A stretch of DNA of 63,318 nt, the filler included, from Rhabdomonas costata (lineage: Eukaryota): assembly GCA_019059605.1 (NCBI GenBank). It is 50 parts of 50 records of this genome, joined end to end, with 100 filler letters (N's around TTAATTAATTAA, not from the genome) between each part and the next. Parts side by side here need not be neighbours in the genome. Positions count along the whole stretch, not along the records: positions 1 to 1,169 come from JAHMHO010025238.1; positions 1,270 to 2,438 come from JAHMHO010025239.1; positions 2,539 to 3,707 come from JAHMHO010025240.1; positions 3,808 to 4,976 come from JAHMHO010025241.1; positions 5,077 to 6,245 come from JAHMHO010025242.1; positions 6,346 to 7,514 come from JAHMHO010025243.1; positions 7,615 to 8,780 come from JAHMHO010025244.1; positions 8,881 to 10,049 come from JAHMHO010025245.1; 42 more parts are not named here. The stretch is one strand, 5' to 3'. Under the pieces are notes generated by a model. That model saw nothing but the letters and a program-made list of their open reading frames with translations. It had not been told where the DNA came from and did no database searches. The translations under genes and the position numbers were made by a program. Below, in pieces: positions 1-11,557 of this stretch; the first letter of the stretch is position 1; each line of letters opens with the position of its first letter.

Positions 1-174
1 TTTGTGTTGGCATGCTACTGAACTGGACTTTTTTTTTGCGCGTTCATTTGTACTTGTGGACCATTGCTCTTGAGATGTGACGGCGTCAGCTATCCATTTT
101 CGTCCTGTTGCCTTTTCATTTTTGCGCTACTCAGCTTGCGGACCACTGGGGTGCGTTCTTCTCCGTTTGCTCAG

Positions 175-1169
175 ATTTCGAATGGGAATCAACACGGACC
201 GTGTGCTGGTGGGCAACTATGGCTGCCTGCACCGAGTCGGCTATACTGCTCTTGGTCGAAGAACCTGCGATCACAGCGCCCCTCGTTCTCTTTCTGTGCT
301 CTAAGGGTTCCCTTGCAGATCGCGCGCTCCTTCCCGTTTTGCTGAACTTAACAAGAGCAAGGACTCAGCAGTCACACACATACGTAATCGGGGGCTGGTG
401 CATGTGTATGTTTTGGATTGCTCGATATATGTGACTTTGCACATCTTCTCGAGACATGGGCGTTTTTTTGGGCGGGATCCCGTTGCAGGTGATGGGGTGA
501 ACCTGGCCAGTCGTTTGGAGGCTTCCAACAAGGTTAGCAAGTTCCATCTTGCGTAATACATGATTCTCGATTCGTATGTCATCAGCTTTGCAAAGTCTGA
601 TTATATGTGGGTTACAAAGGCTCGTGAACACTAATGAGGCTCTCGTTCGTGCTTGTGCAACCTCCCGAAATTTAGCTGTATGCGGATTGCACAGGTGAGC
701 ATTTTTGCTCGAGGCAGTGCGCCCGCAAGAAAAAGGCCGTAGAAGGGTAGGTTTCATCATCATCTGAGAGCTCAGACTTGCCCCCCTCCCCCATCAACAA
801 AGTGCTCTCACTCATTCGCTGTGCTGCGGTATGAGCGTCAGCTATGGTAGGGGAGACCTTCCTCCCATTCGCTTGCAAACTTTCGTATGATCAGTTTCGG
901 CCAGGTGGGGATACACGTGGGTTACAAGAGGCTCTTCCATTGAGCACATGCTCGAGTTCAGAAAGCGCTGATCAGTTTGCGGGGTTGTGTGTGGTTTCAT
1001 CATCATTTCAGAGCGGAAACTGAGACTATCTGACTATCCCTCTCCTTTCACTCAGTCGCTTGAATGGCTTGGGCTGCTGCAAGGGTAACCGTCTTCTGTT
1101 GGCACTCGCAGTTCTTCGGGACCACGATGATGGTTTCGGAGAGCACCGCGCAGGGCGCAGCCGCGGAGT
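175..1169 (+). CDS. Class III adenylate/guanylate cyclase, C-terminal catalytic half; exons 175-254, 489-532, 1112->1169
   Basis: Splicing at GT-AG sites gives FRMGINTDRVLVGNYGCLHRVGYTALG-DGVNLASRLEASNK-FFGTTMMVSESTAQ. This contains the GDxVNxASRLE catalytic motif and exon phases are consistent. Confidence 0.93.
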
Positions 1170-2988
1170 NNNNNNNNNNNNNNNNNNNNNNNNNNNNNNN
1201 NNNNNNNNNNNNNTTAATTAATTAANNNNNNNNNNNNNNNNNNNNNNNNNNNNNNNNNNNNNNNNNNNNACGGACGGGGCGGCCTCGCCCGGAAGAGTAG
1301 TCCGTTTGGGTTCAAGGTGTGAAGCCCTCGCGGGGTGCGCCGGGGGCCGCGGATTCCGGCACCAAGCGCCCCGCGGATGTAAAGCTGGCATAAACAGTGT
1401 CCCACCCAGCCAGAAGGCCGTGGTTTTTAGCGGGTTTAAGCTTTTATTTGCCTTTAATCATCCGGAACAGAGTCCAAACGAACCAATGCGCGACAAGTGG
1501 ATGCTTGGGCGCCCATAATGAGCCACAATAAAAACCCGACGAACCCGGAGAAAAACAAGAAGCCAAAAATCAAAGCCAAAACTCCACACGCAAAGGTTGA
1601 ACCGCGGCAGCTGTGTCGGGAGAAGGCGCCACCAATGAACAACAAGAGCCAAGTGCAACGCCAAAACGAGGCAAAAATAGAAGGGACACGCAGGCATCCG
1701 CAGAAGAAAATGTACCCAAAATAACCCAATGCAATGGGTAAGGCTCGGGTTTGACGGAACTGCTGTTATACTGCTTTTGCCGTGTGTGCCGTTGCACAAA
1801 CCGATGCGTATTGCCTCAGTGCAAAACCTGGATGAAACACAGCGCGCTTAAACACATCTCTTCCGTATAACACGTTTTCCAGACACAATTAAAGATACCG
1901 CTGCACCGTATTGACCAGTGCAATCTTGACCCCTATTGGCTCATTGATGGCATTTGATAGTTGTTTCAAAATGGAAACAATGTGCACTTTTGTGGCGGCT
2001 GGTTTTAAAAACCATGACCGCAAAACAGGAAAGACTGAAGTGATATCATTGTTGTGGGAGAAAAACGTGCCTGCCCTGGAATAATCTCTGAAATGAAAAC
2101 AATCTGAAAATCCTTTTGTAAAAAATGCGAAGCTAATTGCACACCACGTTGCGACTGGCTAACCGCTTGTAGCCTTCAACTAAAGCAGCCTGAGAAACAT
2201 GATCAAGAGCCTAACTTGTAGAATCTCTGCTTCCAACACCGAACAACCGCCGTCAACCGAGGCCCCAGCACCTATCAACTCCTACGCCAGAAGAGACTTC
2301 ACCTCCGGGATAGGCGTAAATTTTGTGCTGTGTGCGTAAATTCTAAGCGTCCTATGTAACAACCGGTTACAGAATTAGTGCAAGGTGTATGGCGCCGGAC
2401 ATATAGCAAGTGATGGCACCCAACACCGCCAACAACCCNNNNNNNNNNNNNNNNNNNNNNNNNNNNNNNNNNNNNNNNNNNNTTAATTAATTAANNNNNN
2501 NNNNNNNNNNNNNNNNNNNNNNNNNNNNNNNNNNNNNNGTGTTGGGTGTGGTTGGGGGGGTTGGGGTATCAAACGTAGACAAAAAGTGAGACCAGCATTG
2601 CGGTCACGTCAGCCAGCAGCCCCATTGCGGCGATCGCACAGGGGAAAAATCACCTCCCTTCCAACAATCCGACGCTGGAGTTTTTCAATTAAAATAATAT
2701 TAGTATTGGTGTATTGGCGTATGCCAGTTCGTGTATGAACTGTAGCGAATGCCACGATGCATTTGGATACGGCGGGGGGGTTTGACCACGCGCCTTTGGG
2801 AGTTACTAGCTAAGAACTAAAAAACCGCGTGGTGAGGATAACTCAAAAGCTCGCAGCACCACTAAGAGACACCGCCCCACACAAGCACAGCACGGAAACA
2901 CGGTTCCTTTCGACGAAGAGGGGCTAGCCCACACCTCTCTATTACAGTATACAGGGCCGGTGGGAAGCGGGCGGGAGTGAGAGGGGAC

Positions 2989-3078
2989 CTGTTTCCCGAG
3001 ATCCGGTTGAGGGTGCGTAGCAGCTCATTCTGGCCCCGGTTCACGTTGGTCAACGCAGTCTCAATGTCGTCATCGATC
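2989..3078 (-). CDS. STX5: Syntaxin-5/Sed5-like Qa-SNARE, single internal exon
   Basis: An AG/GT-bounded 90-nt exon encodes (R)IDDDIETALTNVNRGQNELLRTLNRISGNR, matching the C-terminal half of the syntaxin-5 SNARE motif. Confidence 0.8.
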
Positions 3079-5321
3079 CTGCAACCCATCCAACGCCCAT
3101 ACGGACAAAAAAGTTGCCCTCTATTGCCATTGGTGGGCACACCGATCCGCAGCCAATGGTGGGCAGGCTTCGCAGCAGGCAATCTGCGTCGGGGGTACCT
3201 ACTGGGTCGTGCTTTTCACTTGCAAAGAGGTGAGGTCATGACCAGAAAGGCCGAACAGCTGCGACACCAGCGCTGTGACATATCCTGGAATTTCGGGGAG
3301 GAACTAAATGGAGTCAGGAGCGCAGCGACACGGGGCAAAGCCGCAGCCCTTTACAGCCCCCTTGAACGCTGCGTAGCCCGTCCCTAGTGCCCCGTGGCGG
3401 CTCTTATTTTTGTGCCCTAAGTATTTCAAGTATAAATCGTGATAAAACGCCGTAAATCAACGAACAACCTCTCGCAGTGCACCAAGGGAATCCCATCAGC
3501 TGCAAAATCTTCCGTTAGAAAATTGGTCGGCAGCAAATACCCAACAGACCCGCATTTGAACCTTCTGACGTCCCGCAGGTAAGTGTTTTCTGTGAAACAG
3601 GCATTAATCAAGAGAACGGCTGGCGAAAGGTATAAATCGCTTTTAGCCCCGTGAAGCGGACGGTTTCTCGACGCCACCAGATATGAACAGCCCTCCCGCA
3701 CCATAGTNNNNNNNNNNNNNNNNNNNNNNNNNNNNNNNNNNNNNNNNNNNNTTAATTAATTAANNNNNNNNNNNNNNNNNNNNNNNNNNNNNNNNNNNNN
3801 NNNNNNNTGTTTTTGTGTGATGGGTAAACTGTAGCGGTCGTGTGTTGAAGGATGTGGAGGGCACTTCCAGCTTTTTTCTCTGACTTCTGTTTTGTACACT
3901 TGTACTCTTTTTAGGTGGGGCAGGCGATGTGGAACCGGTTGAGCCAGAGGAGCGTTCTCCTGTTGCCGCGGACGTCTGGGTGGTTCACCCTCTGCGCCCT
4001 TCAGCAGCATCAGCTGCGTCAGCGGAGGTGGTTCCCGGGGCGGCGGCGGCGGCTGAGAGGCAGAGAAGCCGGCGACCACAGGGGGCGCGTGCGCGCCATG
4101 TGCGCAGAAGCCACTCAGGCATGGGGCCTAGGAGCTAAGGTTGTGGCCGGCTGATCCGCGCCAAGAGCATGAGGCCCGGCGAACCGGTGGCTGCTGTTGC
4201 TGCGCCTTACCGTCGCGGTGGCGAAAGGGGTTGCACAGTGCTTGTGGAGGGCGTTCCATGGCGTTCCATGGCGTTGAGGAGCACTGCCGTGGGGAATGAG
4301 ACTGCGCCCCCGCTGCGGGGAGTAGGTTGGCTGCGTGTCTTCGCCAGCATGGCTGGGTAGCTGGACAGCGTCGGCTTAGCCGTCGTCTGAAGTGAGTGAG
4401 TTTGCTTCTGTTGACCCCCACCCCTGTCCTCCTCTGTGTGTGCGGGTGCTGGGCTCTTATGCACCCGCCGAAGGTGCCTCCTCAGCTCTTCCTCTTCGTG
4501 CCGATGTGGTTTCCCTTCCCCCCGTCCCTCGTTTTCATTGTGTTCGAGTGTGCATTCCAGTATGCATATGTTTGTCGTTTGCCCCGTGGTCTCAGACCTT
4601 CCCTTCTCTAAAAACATCACCATCTCTTGGTGGTAGATCCGCATGTTTGTATGTCTGGCAAGATCCACTTAACCCCGATGACCTCCGCTTCCACGACTTA
4701 TATGAAATAGGGGTGGTGGATGTGCACTTCTAACTGCTTTCCCAATCGAATTTCTGTTACAAAATTTGGCTAGAGTTTGGGGTTTTGGTTCCCCTCCTTC
4801 CGTCTGCGAAACGCCATTTCGCGTGTATTTCGTGAGAGTGAATGGGTGGTCACGGTGCCATGAATTGCTGACTCTCTCATGCGCCCGGCCCTTCCGGGCT
4901 CCGCACAGAGGACCTCCGTGCCATCGTGGAGGACATGAATATGTCAATCGCTTGCTGGACGTCCTTACCACCCACANNNNNNNNNNNNNNNNNNNNNNNN
5001 NNNNNNNNNNNNNNNNNNNNTTAATTAATTAANNNNNNNNNNNNNNNNNNNNNNNNNNNNNNNNNNNNNNNNNNNNGTTGGGTTGTCTTTTTTTTCATGG
5101 CAGCAGGGCGGCTTCACCGCAACGGTGCCCCTTGCCTCTCTGTTGTTACCTCTTGCCCAGGGGACCTCTTCTTCCGCTATGGTGATGTTGCTGCTGCTTC
5201 GTGTACCCAGCACTATGATTTATGTTTTACAGATGATTTTGCTGTGCCTTCGGCGCTTGTTTCTGTAATATGGTTTGGCCTGTTGTTCCGCAGCACAGCT
5301 TTTGTCGCTTTTCCCCAACAG

Positions 5322-5447
5322 AGCACCATTGTCCAAGGAGAGGTCACCGCAGTCACCGAGCTGAAGCTCGTGCTTGTCAGCAACCTGACCGCGAGCAACG
5401 AGCAGGCGATGAACCAGCTCCTGCAGACGGACGACGAGGATCTCAAG
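5322..5447 (+). CDS. Probable internal exon of an unknown protein (GC donor)
   Basis: Polypyrimidine-CAG acceptor, 42 codons with high GC3 (STIVQGEV...DDEDLK), followed by AAG|GCGTGC. Confidence 0.55.
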
Positions 5448-6345
5448 GCGTGCGGCCAAATTCCGTTGTGGCATCTCTTGGGTGGTACGTTGGGCCTCCG
5501 TTGGTGCATGTCCCCTTCTTGGCGCAGGGTTTTTTTCTGGAACGCCTTCTGGGCTGGTTCGTGAGCTTTCTGCCACCAAAGAGCAGTGCCAGCGAAGGTT
5601 TGCCCTGCCAGTGGTGCTTTACCTCTCCTGGGCTGTGGGTGTCCTCCCTCTTTTTGATATCCAATACTTGTCTCTTTGTCTCTATCATTGCTTTTTAAAA
5701 CGCTTTCCCAATATGCCTAGCCCAATTTTGATTCTCGTTGTCATCGACACTGCCCTCCCTGTTTATTTTTTTTTACTACGCTCAACCCGTTTGTACCTGT
5801 GGGAAATCGTCCCTGTCGCCGTGTTTTGTTGTGAAAGCTCTATATTTTTGGAAATAAATTGCGGATGATGACCATCGAATTTAGTCTTCCGGCCTTCTTA
5901 CCGCTCAAGCCCATGATCTCGAGAACTCGGTCCCCATACGTCGATGCTCCGCAGGGCCACCGCAGCACATCCACTGGGTGATGGCGATCGTCACCAACGT
6001 CAGCTCCAATGCATTGGGGCAGGTTTTTCTAGCTGAAAACAAGTATGTCACCTTGTTTGAGGACAGCCTTCCCAAGCCGAAACTTGTTGCGTTGCTCCTG
6101 ACATTTTGCCCGATGTGAAGTGAGGCCACCACACCGCACAGATGGTGGCCAACCAGACAATTCTCGGCAGTGTTGTAGCAGTAGCAGTATAGGTAGTCAC
6201 CGTTGATAGTTTCGCTACCCCCCACCCCCACCCCTCCCCTTCCCANNNNNNNNNNNNNNNNNNNNNNNNNNNNNNNNNNNNNNNNNNNNTTAATTAATTA
6301 ANNNNNNNNNNNNNNNNNNNNNNNNNNNNNNNNNNNNNNNNNNNN

Positions 6346-7514
6346 TCGGCACCCCATCGAGCAAGTCAGCTCAGCGGGGCAATTTGCGGTGCGCCCACAT
6401 GACAACCTCACAGCGCGTAAAAGAAACTCAAATATACACTGGCCGGGGGGTGGGGGGACGGGGACCTGAACGATTCATGAACAGGTGCTGTCAGGCATCT
6501 ACCTCAGCTCAAGTCCAACAAAGTCCGTTACGCTGCCCTCCTTCTCAAAACCCGCCGCAAAACAGAAGGCAGTTCCGGCAAACACCTCTTCCTCCGTTTA
6601 ACAGCGTCACAGCGGAGGGGGCAGCCAACAGATGAGCTGCCTGGTTCGGGACATAACCTGCCTCCGCGTTCAGGCATCGCCGTGACTTGGCTTGAAATCG
6701 CTCCACTCCGATGAATAACAAATGTATAACAACGACATAACTACGCCCACACTCTAAAAAAAGGTCTTTCTTCTATTTCGCTTCAATTGGAGAGGCCGAC
6801 ACACTTGGGCTGCTGTACGGTCACTCCGTTTAGCCAAACCCACTCCTTCATATGCCCTCGGATACACAGGTTTGGGAGGTTACCGCCTGACAAATGAACC
6901 TCACCGTAGATTCACCTGAGTCCTGTGTCATGTCCCTGATCACACACCTTCGGAAAAAAGAAACGCTCAAGTCAGCAGGGCATACAGCCCCATACAAGGT
7001 ACAAGGGCGAAGAAGCCCTGCGAAGTGGAAAACCCACATATAACGGAGAGCCCGCATCCACACCTCTTGTAAAGATGACACTTATTTTTGAGTTTCTGTT
7101 GCATTGTTTCCTCTGCAAACCGGCGGCGGTACGATAAAACATGATGGAAAGACAGTCAGGCGAAACAGAGGCACAGCGCATCCTTGCTTTGTTTCCAATT
7201 CTATCAAAACTAGTCGAAATTAGGGCAGATCGTCAGCATACCTCTTCAAATGACCATCATAAAAAACCACTATTGCACAGCAAGTCAAACTATCAGACTG
7301 CGGGAGGGGGAGAAGAATTGCGAACAATCCAAAGAAGGAGGGGGGTGGGGGGCAATCAGCGAGCGGTGTCGGAGCTCTAGCACCGTTTCGGCACCCCATC
7401 GAGCAAGTCAGCTCAGCGGGGCAATTTGCGGTGCGCCCAGATGACAACCTCACAGCGCGTAAAAGAAACTCAAATATACACTGGCCGGGGGGAGGGGGGA
7501 CGGGGACCTGAACG
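6346..7514. repeat. 1042-bp tandem-repeat unit or circle
   Basis: 6346-6472 is repeated at 7388-7514 (127 bp, 2 substitutions), the signature of a cyclic assembly-graph edge. Confidence 0.85.
7373..7437 (-). ncRNA. Single-hairpin H/ACA (AGA-box) pseudouridylation guide snoRNA; predicted target is the SSU rRNA site equivalent to yeast Psi1181 / human Psi1238
   Basis: Lower stem GCACCG/CGGUGC, pocket CAAAUU and GCCGAAA, upper stem GCCCCG..GAGC/GCUC..UGGGGU, AGA box 14 nt from the pocket. The pocket pairs conserved SSU CGGC-UU-AAUUUG. A truncated second copy lies at 6346-6395. Confidence 0.8.
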
Positions 7515-10399
7515 NNNNNNNNNNNNNNNNNNNNNNNNNNNNNNNNNNNNNNNNNNNNTTAATTAATTAANNNNNNNNNNNNNNNNNNNNNNNNNNNNNN
7601 NNNNNNNNNNNNNNACATAATACAGGGGAGGTAGAGGTATAGGATCCGCTTCACGGCTGCAGAGGAAGTCATTGTCAGGTGGGTTCTACCACCAGTACAG
7701 AGTTTGGGACTCCAGGGGGGCTCCTCAGAACTTCTTCTGCTTCTTCTTGTTCTGCTGGCGGCGTAGCACGGAGCTGACAGGGGGCGGGTCAAAGGAGGGG
7801 TCGTCGTCGCCCTCGGCCTTTCCCGAGGGAGCCGGGACCTCAGGAGTGACCTCCCGGGAGACTGTAACCTGCCCTCCGCCAAGCTTTGTGGTGGAAGTCC
7901 GAGAGTGCCCTGCGGTGACAAGTTTGGCACCATGCCCAAGAAAAGAGTTCAGAAGGAAAGTGGTCATTTATCAAAATAGAGCAGATGCAGCGAGTGATTA
8001 ACCAGCTAAAGGATTCAAGTTCCGCAGCATGTAACATTCGCGTTGGGAGTTATTGATGGAACCTTCTCGCCTCCTTGACTCCATCATCCCTTCCTCGCCA
8101 AAGCAAACGTTTCGGAACCTTTAGCCCAAACTAAATCGTTAGTTGCTTTCACTTCAGAGCAAAGAACACACAGCACAGAAGGCAGCAATGTCCAGAGGTT
8201 TGTTCAACTGAGCAGGCAAGAACGCGAGAAAAAAACGGGGATAAGAGCGGGATGGGGGAGGCAAAGGGACGAGAAAAATGCAACCACGACACTGAATGCG
8301 AGGGGTGTGGGGTAAAGAGATGCGTGAGTGTGCAAAAGAAATGTGCGTGGGAGACATTGGGGAGCAAATAGGGTAAAAGTAGAGGAGAAGGATGAGCGAG
8401 GTGAGCAAAGATGTAAACAAAAGGAAGAAGGAGACAATGGATGAAGACACCCTTTTCGGCAGTTGATAATTGAAAGACGACGGGTCTCTTCTCATTCTGG
8501 CTGGCACACCTTTGTTCAGGGTAGTTGTAGTTTCCTGACGAGGCACCTGCAGGGTACTTGAGTCGCCCTCAAATTCGCCGAACTCACCATCCTCGCCCCG
8601 GTCTGGGACATCCCACCCGGACTTCTCCACCACTGTTCACATGACAAACACACACACATACAAGCTTTCATGTTGTGAGCAAGTAAACGCTCACCACAAA
8701 TGAAAACGAAGAGGCAACTTCATTTGTCCTGCTCGCAAAAGGAAAAAAAATGGCCGGAGTTTGTTGTGCAAAGAACCACANNNNNNNNNNNNNNNNNNNN
8801 NNNNNNNNNNNNNNNNNNNNNNNNTTAATTAATTAANNNNNNNNNNNNNNNNNNNNNNNNNNNNNNNNNNNNNNNNNNNNGTGTTGGGTGTGGTTGGGGG
8901 GGTTGGGCAGTATTTTTTTTGCTTGTGGGAGCCTCTGATAACATCTGCGGTACTTGAAGCGGTAAAGGCCACGACAATGACGCGCAGAGAGCTGGCATCC
9001 TGAAGTCCATTTGGAACCACGTGGAGAACACTGCAGCATTTTCGTTGAGTACCTGCACTTTGCTAATGCTTTTCTTGTCAACGTAGCCTCTGGTGCTTTG
9101 ATCGATGACGTTAACCAGGCAATACCACAGTACTTGTGGGACCTCTAACGTATGAATGTAGCTGGGCGCAGATTTTAGCTGGCAGCACTTTGTACAAATG
9201 GATGTAGACTGGAAAGCATATGCTAGGAATTTTATGCCGACTGTTGAGACCGTAGTGTTTATTCCTCTCAGGCTTTTACTATGAAGTGTGTTGCACGTGA
9301 TTGTGCAACACGTGCCACACTTGCTTGTTCTGGCTTGGCGGCTTTGCAGTAGTATGTCTGCTGTTCTGCAACTATGGAGCACGAAGCCCACGTAATCACC
9401 ACTTGTGGACTGATCGCGGATCATTAACACGGTTTTGATCAAGACATCAGATTTTATAGTGGTGAACAAGACCCTCACTTCCGAGTGGGCCAATTACCAC
9501 CTTGTTCATATGGCTACGTGACTTATAAAACAGTCATTGATGCTACACAATTGTTAGTGTTTGCCATGATCAAGTACATGTGGGCAGAATGGATCGAATG
9601 TGCCAAGTCACTAGCGCACGCAAAACGTGCGAAACAGTGCAAGCAGCTTCCTCGTAATCGAGCATTACTCCTGATGATCACGCACTCTAACGTACTGTGG
9701 AGGAGTATAGTGCTGCGTGATATCATCCTGTCACTCTTACTGCTGCAGTTCTGATTAACAGCTCCATAATGCCCTGCGATTCTTAGAGCAATAACACGAA
9801 GCTTAATTTTTCATCATTTAGCATGGATCAGACAACACCAGTGGATAAAGTGGAGCTCTTAAAGTGAAATGCTTTCCATGCCGTACTGATGAAATATCAT
9901 GTCGCATGAACAGATTCAAAAGGCAGCTGAAAGAAGAGGTGACCTTGGACGCGCGCAGCTCTCCTCATGGCTTACAAGCAAGCGGAACGTTTACACTGGT
10001 GGAATGCGTTACTGTACGAATAAAATCATATTGGAAGTCCAACAAACACNNNNNNNNNNNNNNNNNNNNNNNNNNNNNNNNNNNNNNNNNNNNTTAATTA
10101 ATTAANNNNNNNNNNNNNNNNNNNNNNNNNNNNNNNNNNNNNNNNNNNNGTTGTGTGGCTATGTTGCATGTTTCTGAGTGCTTCCTTCCCCACCACCCAC
10201 CCGCTCACTTGCACAAGGCGAGGATGCATGTGCGGTGTGGTTGATATCATGCACAATGCTTGCTTTTGTCGGGAAACCTGAGGCAAGTGAAGAGCCGCGA
10301 GAATGCGGTGTGGGTTTTTATCCGCACGGATTTCAGGTAATTGCCTTGCTTTGGGTTCGCTGTGGTGCTCACTCCGGGGCCAACCGATGCTTTTCGCAG

Positions 10400-11115
10400 G
10401 GGTATGAGTGCCTTCGTGAAGTACGTGCCCCGGGACGTAGTGAGACAGATGCTTGTGGGGGAGCTGGGCCTGGGAAGTCACATGGAGCGCCGTGTGGTGA
10501 CCATTCTGTTCATGTATGCTCCTCTGTGTGCCTGGGCTCAGTGCACATATGCTGCCATTCAAATGCAGCCTTTAGGACCCAGTGGAAGGGAATCCTACCA
10601 ATGAGACCTAGAACGGCAGACAACCTTCAGGAAGTCAGGTTGCCTGACAATCGCTGCGGGTTTGGACGGGTCGCCCCCTCTCCCCTTCCATGAGTTCATG
10701 TCGAAAGCTAGGTTCGAATGCAGCTTTCAACCATTCGCGACTGGGCCTCGTATGAGTGTCTCTAGTTCGAGCGCAAGGCCTGACTACACAATGCAGTACG
10801 GATCGTGGCCGAACGATGATACCATGAAACGTTTAACGACGGCGCTCCGACCTTTATCTCCAGTTTGTCCCTTGGTGGCCTCACCGGTTCTCCTCACATA
10901 TGCGGGAGGGTTGGGGTGCTGCTTCATGTACATTCCTGTGCAACTTGAGTTTTTTCAGCAAACGATAAACCACACTGCAACCCCTCTGCAGAGACATTGC
11001 GGGGTTCAGCTCCCTCAGCGAGGAGCTCAACCCAGATCCCTTGATCAGTCTGACCACGGAGTACATGCAAGCCATGTGCGACGTGATCGTCAGCCACAAC
11101 GGGACCCTGGACAAG
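10400..11115 (+). CDS. Class III adenylate/guanylate cyclase, N-terminal catalytic half; exons 10400-10513, 10992-11115
   Basis: Spliced product GMSAFVKYVPRDVVRQML...RRVVTILFIDIAGFSSLSEEL...NGTLDK contains the metal-binding TILFxDIxGF motif. GT-AG intron at 10514-10991. Confidence 0.93.
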
Positions 11116-11557
11116 GTCTGCAAGCCCCGCCCGGGGCATTTTCGCGTCTACTTGCCGAGGTCTAGTGATGGATTTTGGGCGTGCAGCAGTGAGGCGATTA
11201 TTGGAGGCATTTCTTTGCTGCCTCACACATTTCTTTCCCCTGGGAAAGATTCTTCTTCTTGTTTCCCAGTCCATAGGATGTTGCGAGGTTGTAAGTTGCC
11301 AGCAACTTACAACCCACANNNNNNNNNNNNNNNNNNNNNNNNNNNNNNNNNNNNNNNNNNNNTTAATTAATTAANNNNNNNNNNNNNNNNNNNNNNNNNN
11401 NNNNNNNNNNNNNNNNNNTTGGCCCTTCCTGCATGGGTGAAGACGCCCTGCACTGGTATGCGTCCTGAGCATGTTATTCTATTTTGCTTCGGTGTTACTT
11501 TGACAATTGGAAACAATACCGAAAACGAAACCAGAATAACATGCTCAGGACGCATAC

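Noticed and set aside
7190-7240. Hammerhead ribozyme (CTGACGA...GAAAC on the minus strand) or box C/D snoRNA
   Set aside because: Stems II and III do not form, box C is imperfect (ATGATGG) and I recognise no guide target.
6346-7514. Kinetoplast minicircle, SL-RNA/5S repeat or obelisk-like circle
   Set aside because: There is no GGGGTTGGTGTA block, no spliced-leader or 5S motif, and no long ORF.
8881-9754. ~200-codon minus-strand ORF and a stop-interrupted plus frame
   Set aside because: Neither strand shows a recognisable motif or splice structure, so it cannot be called.
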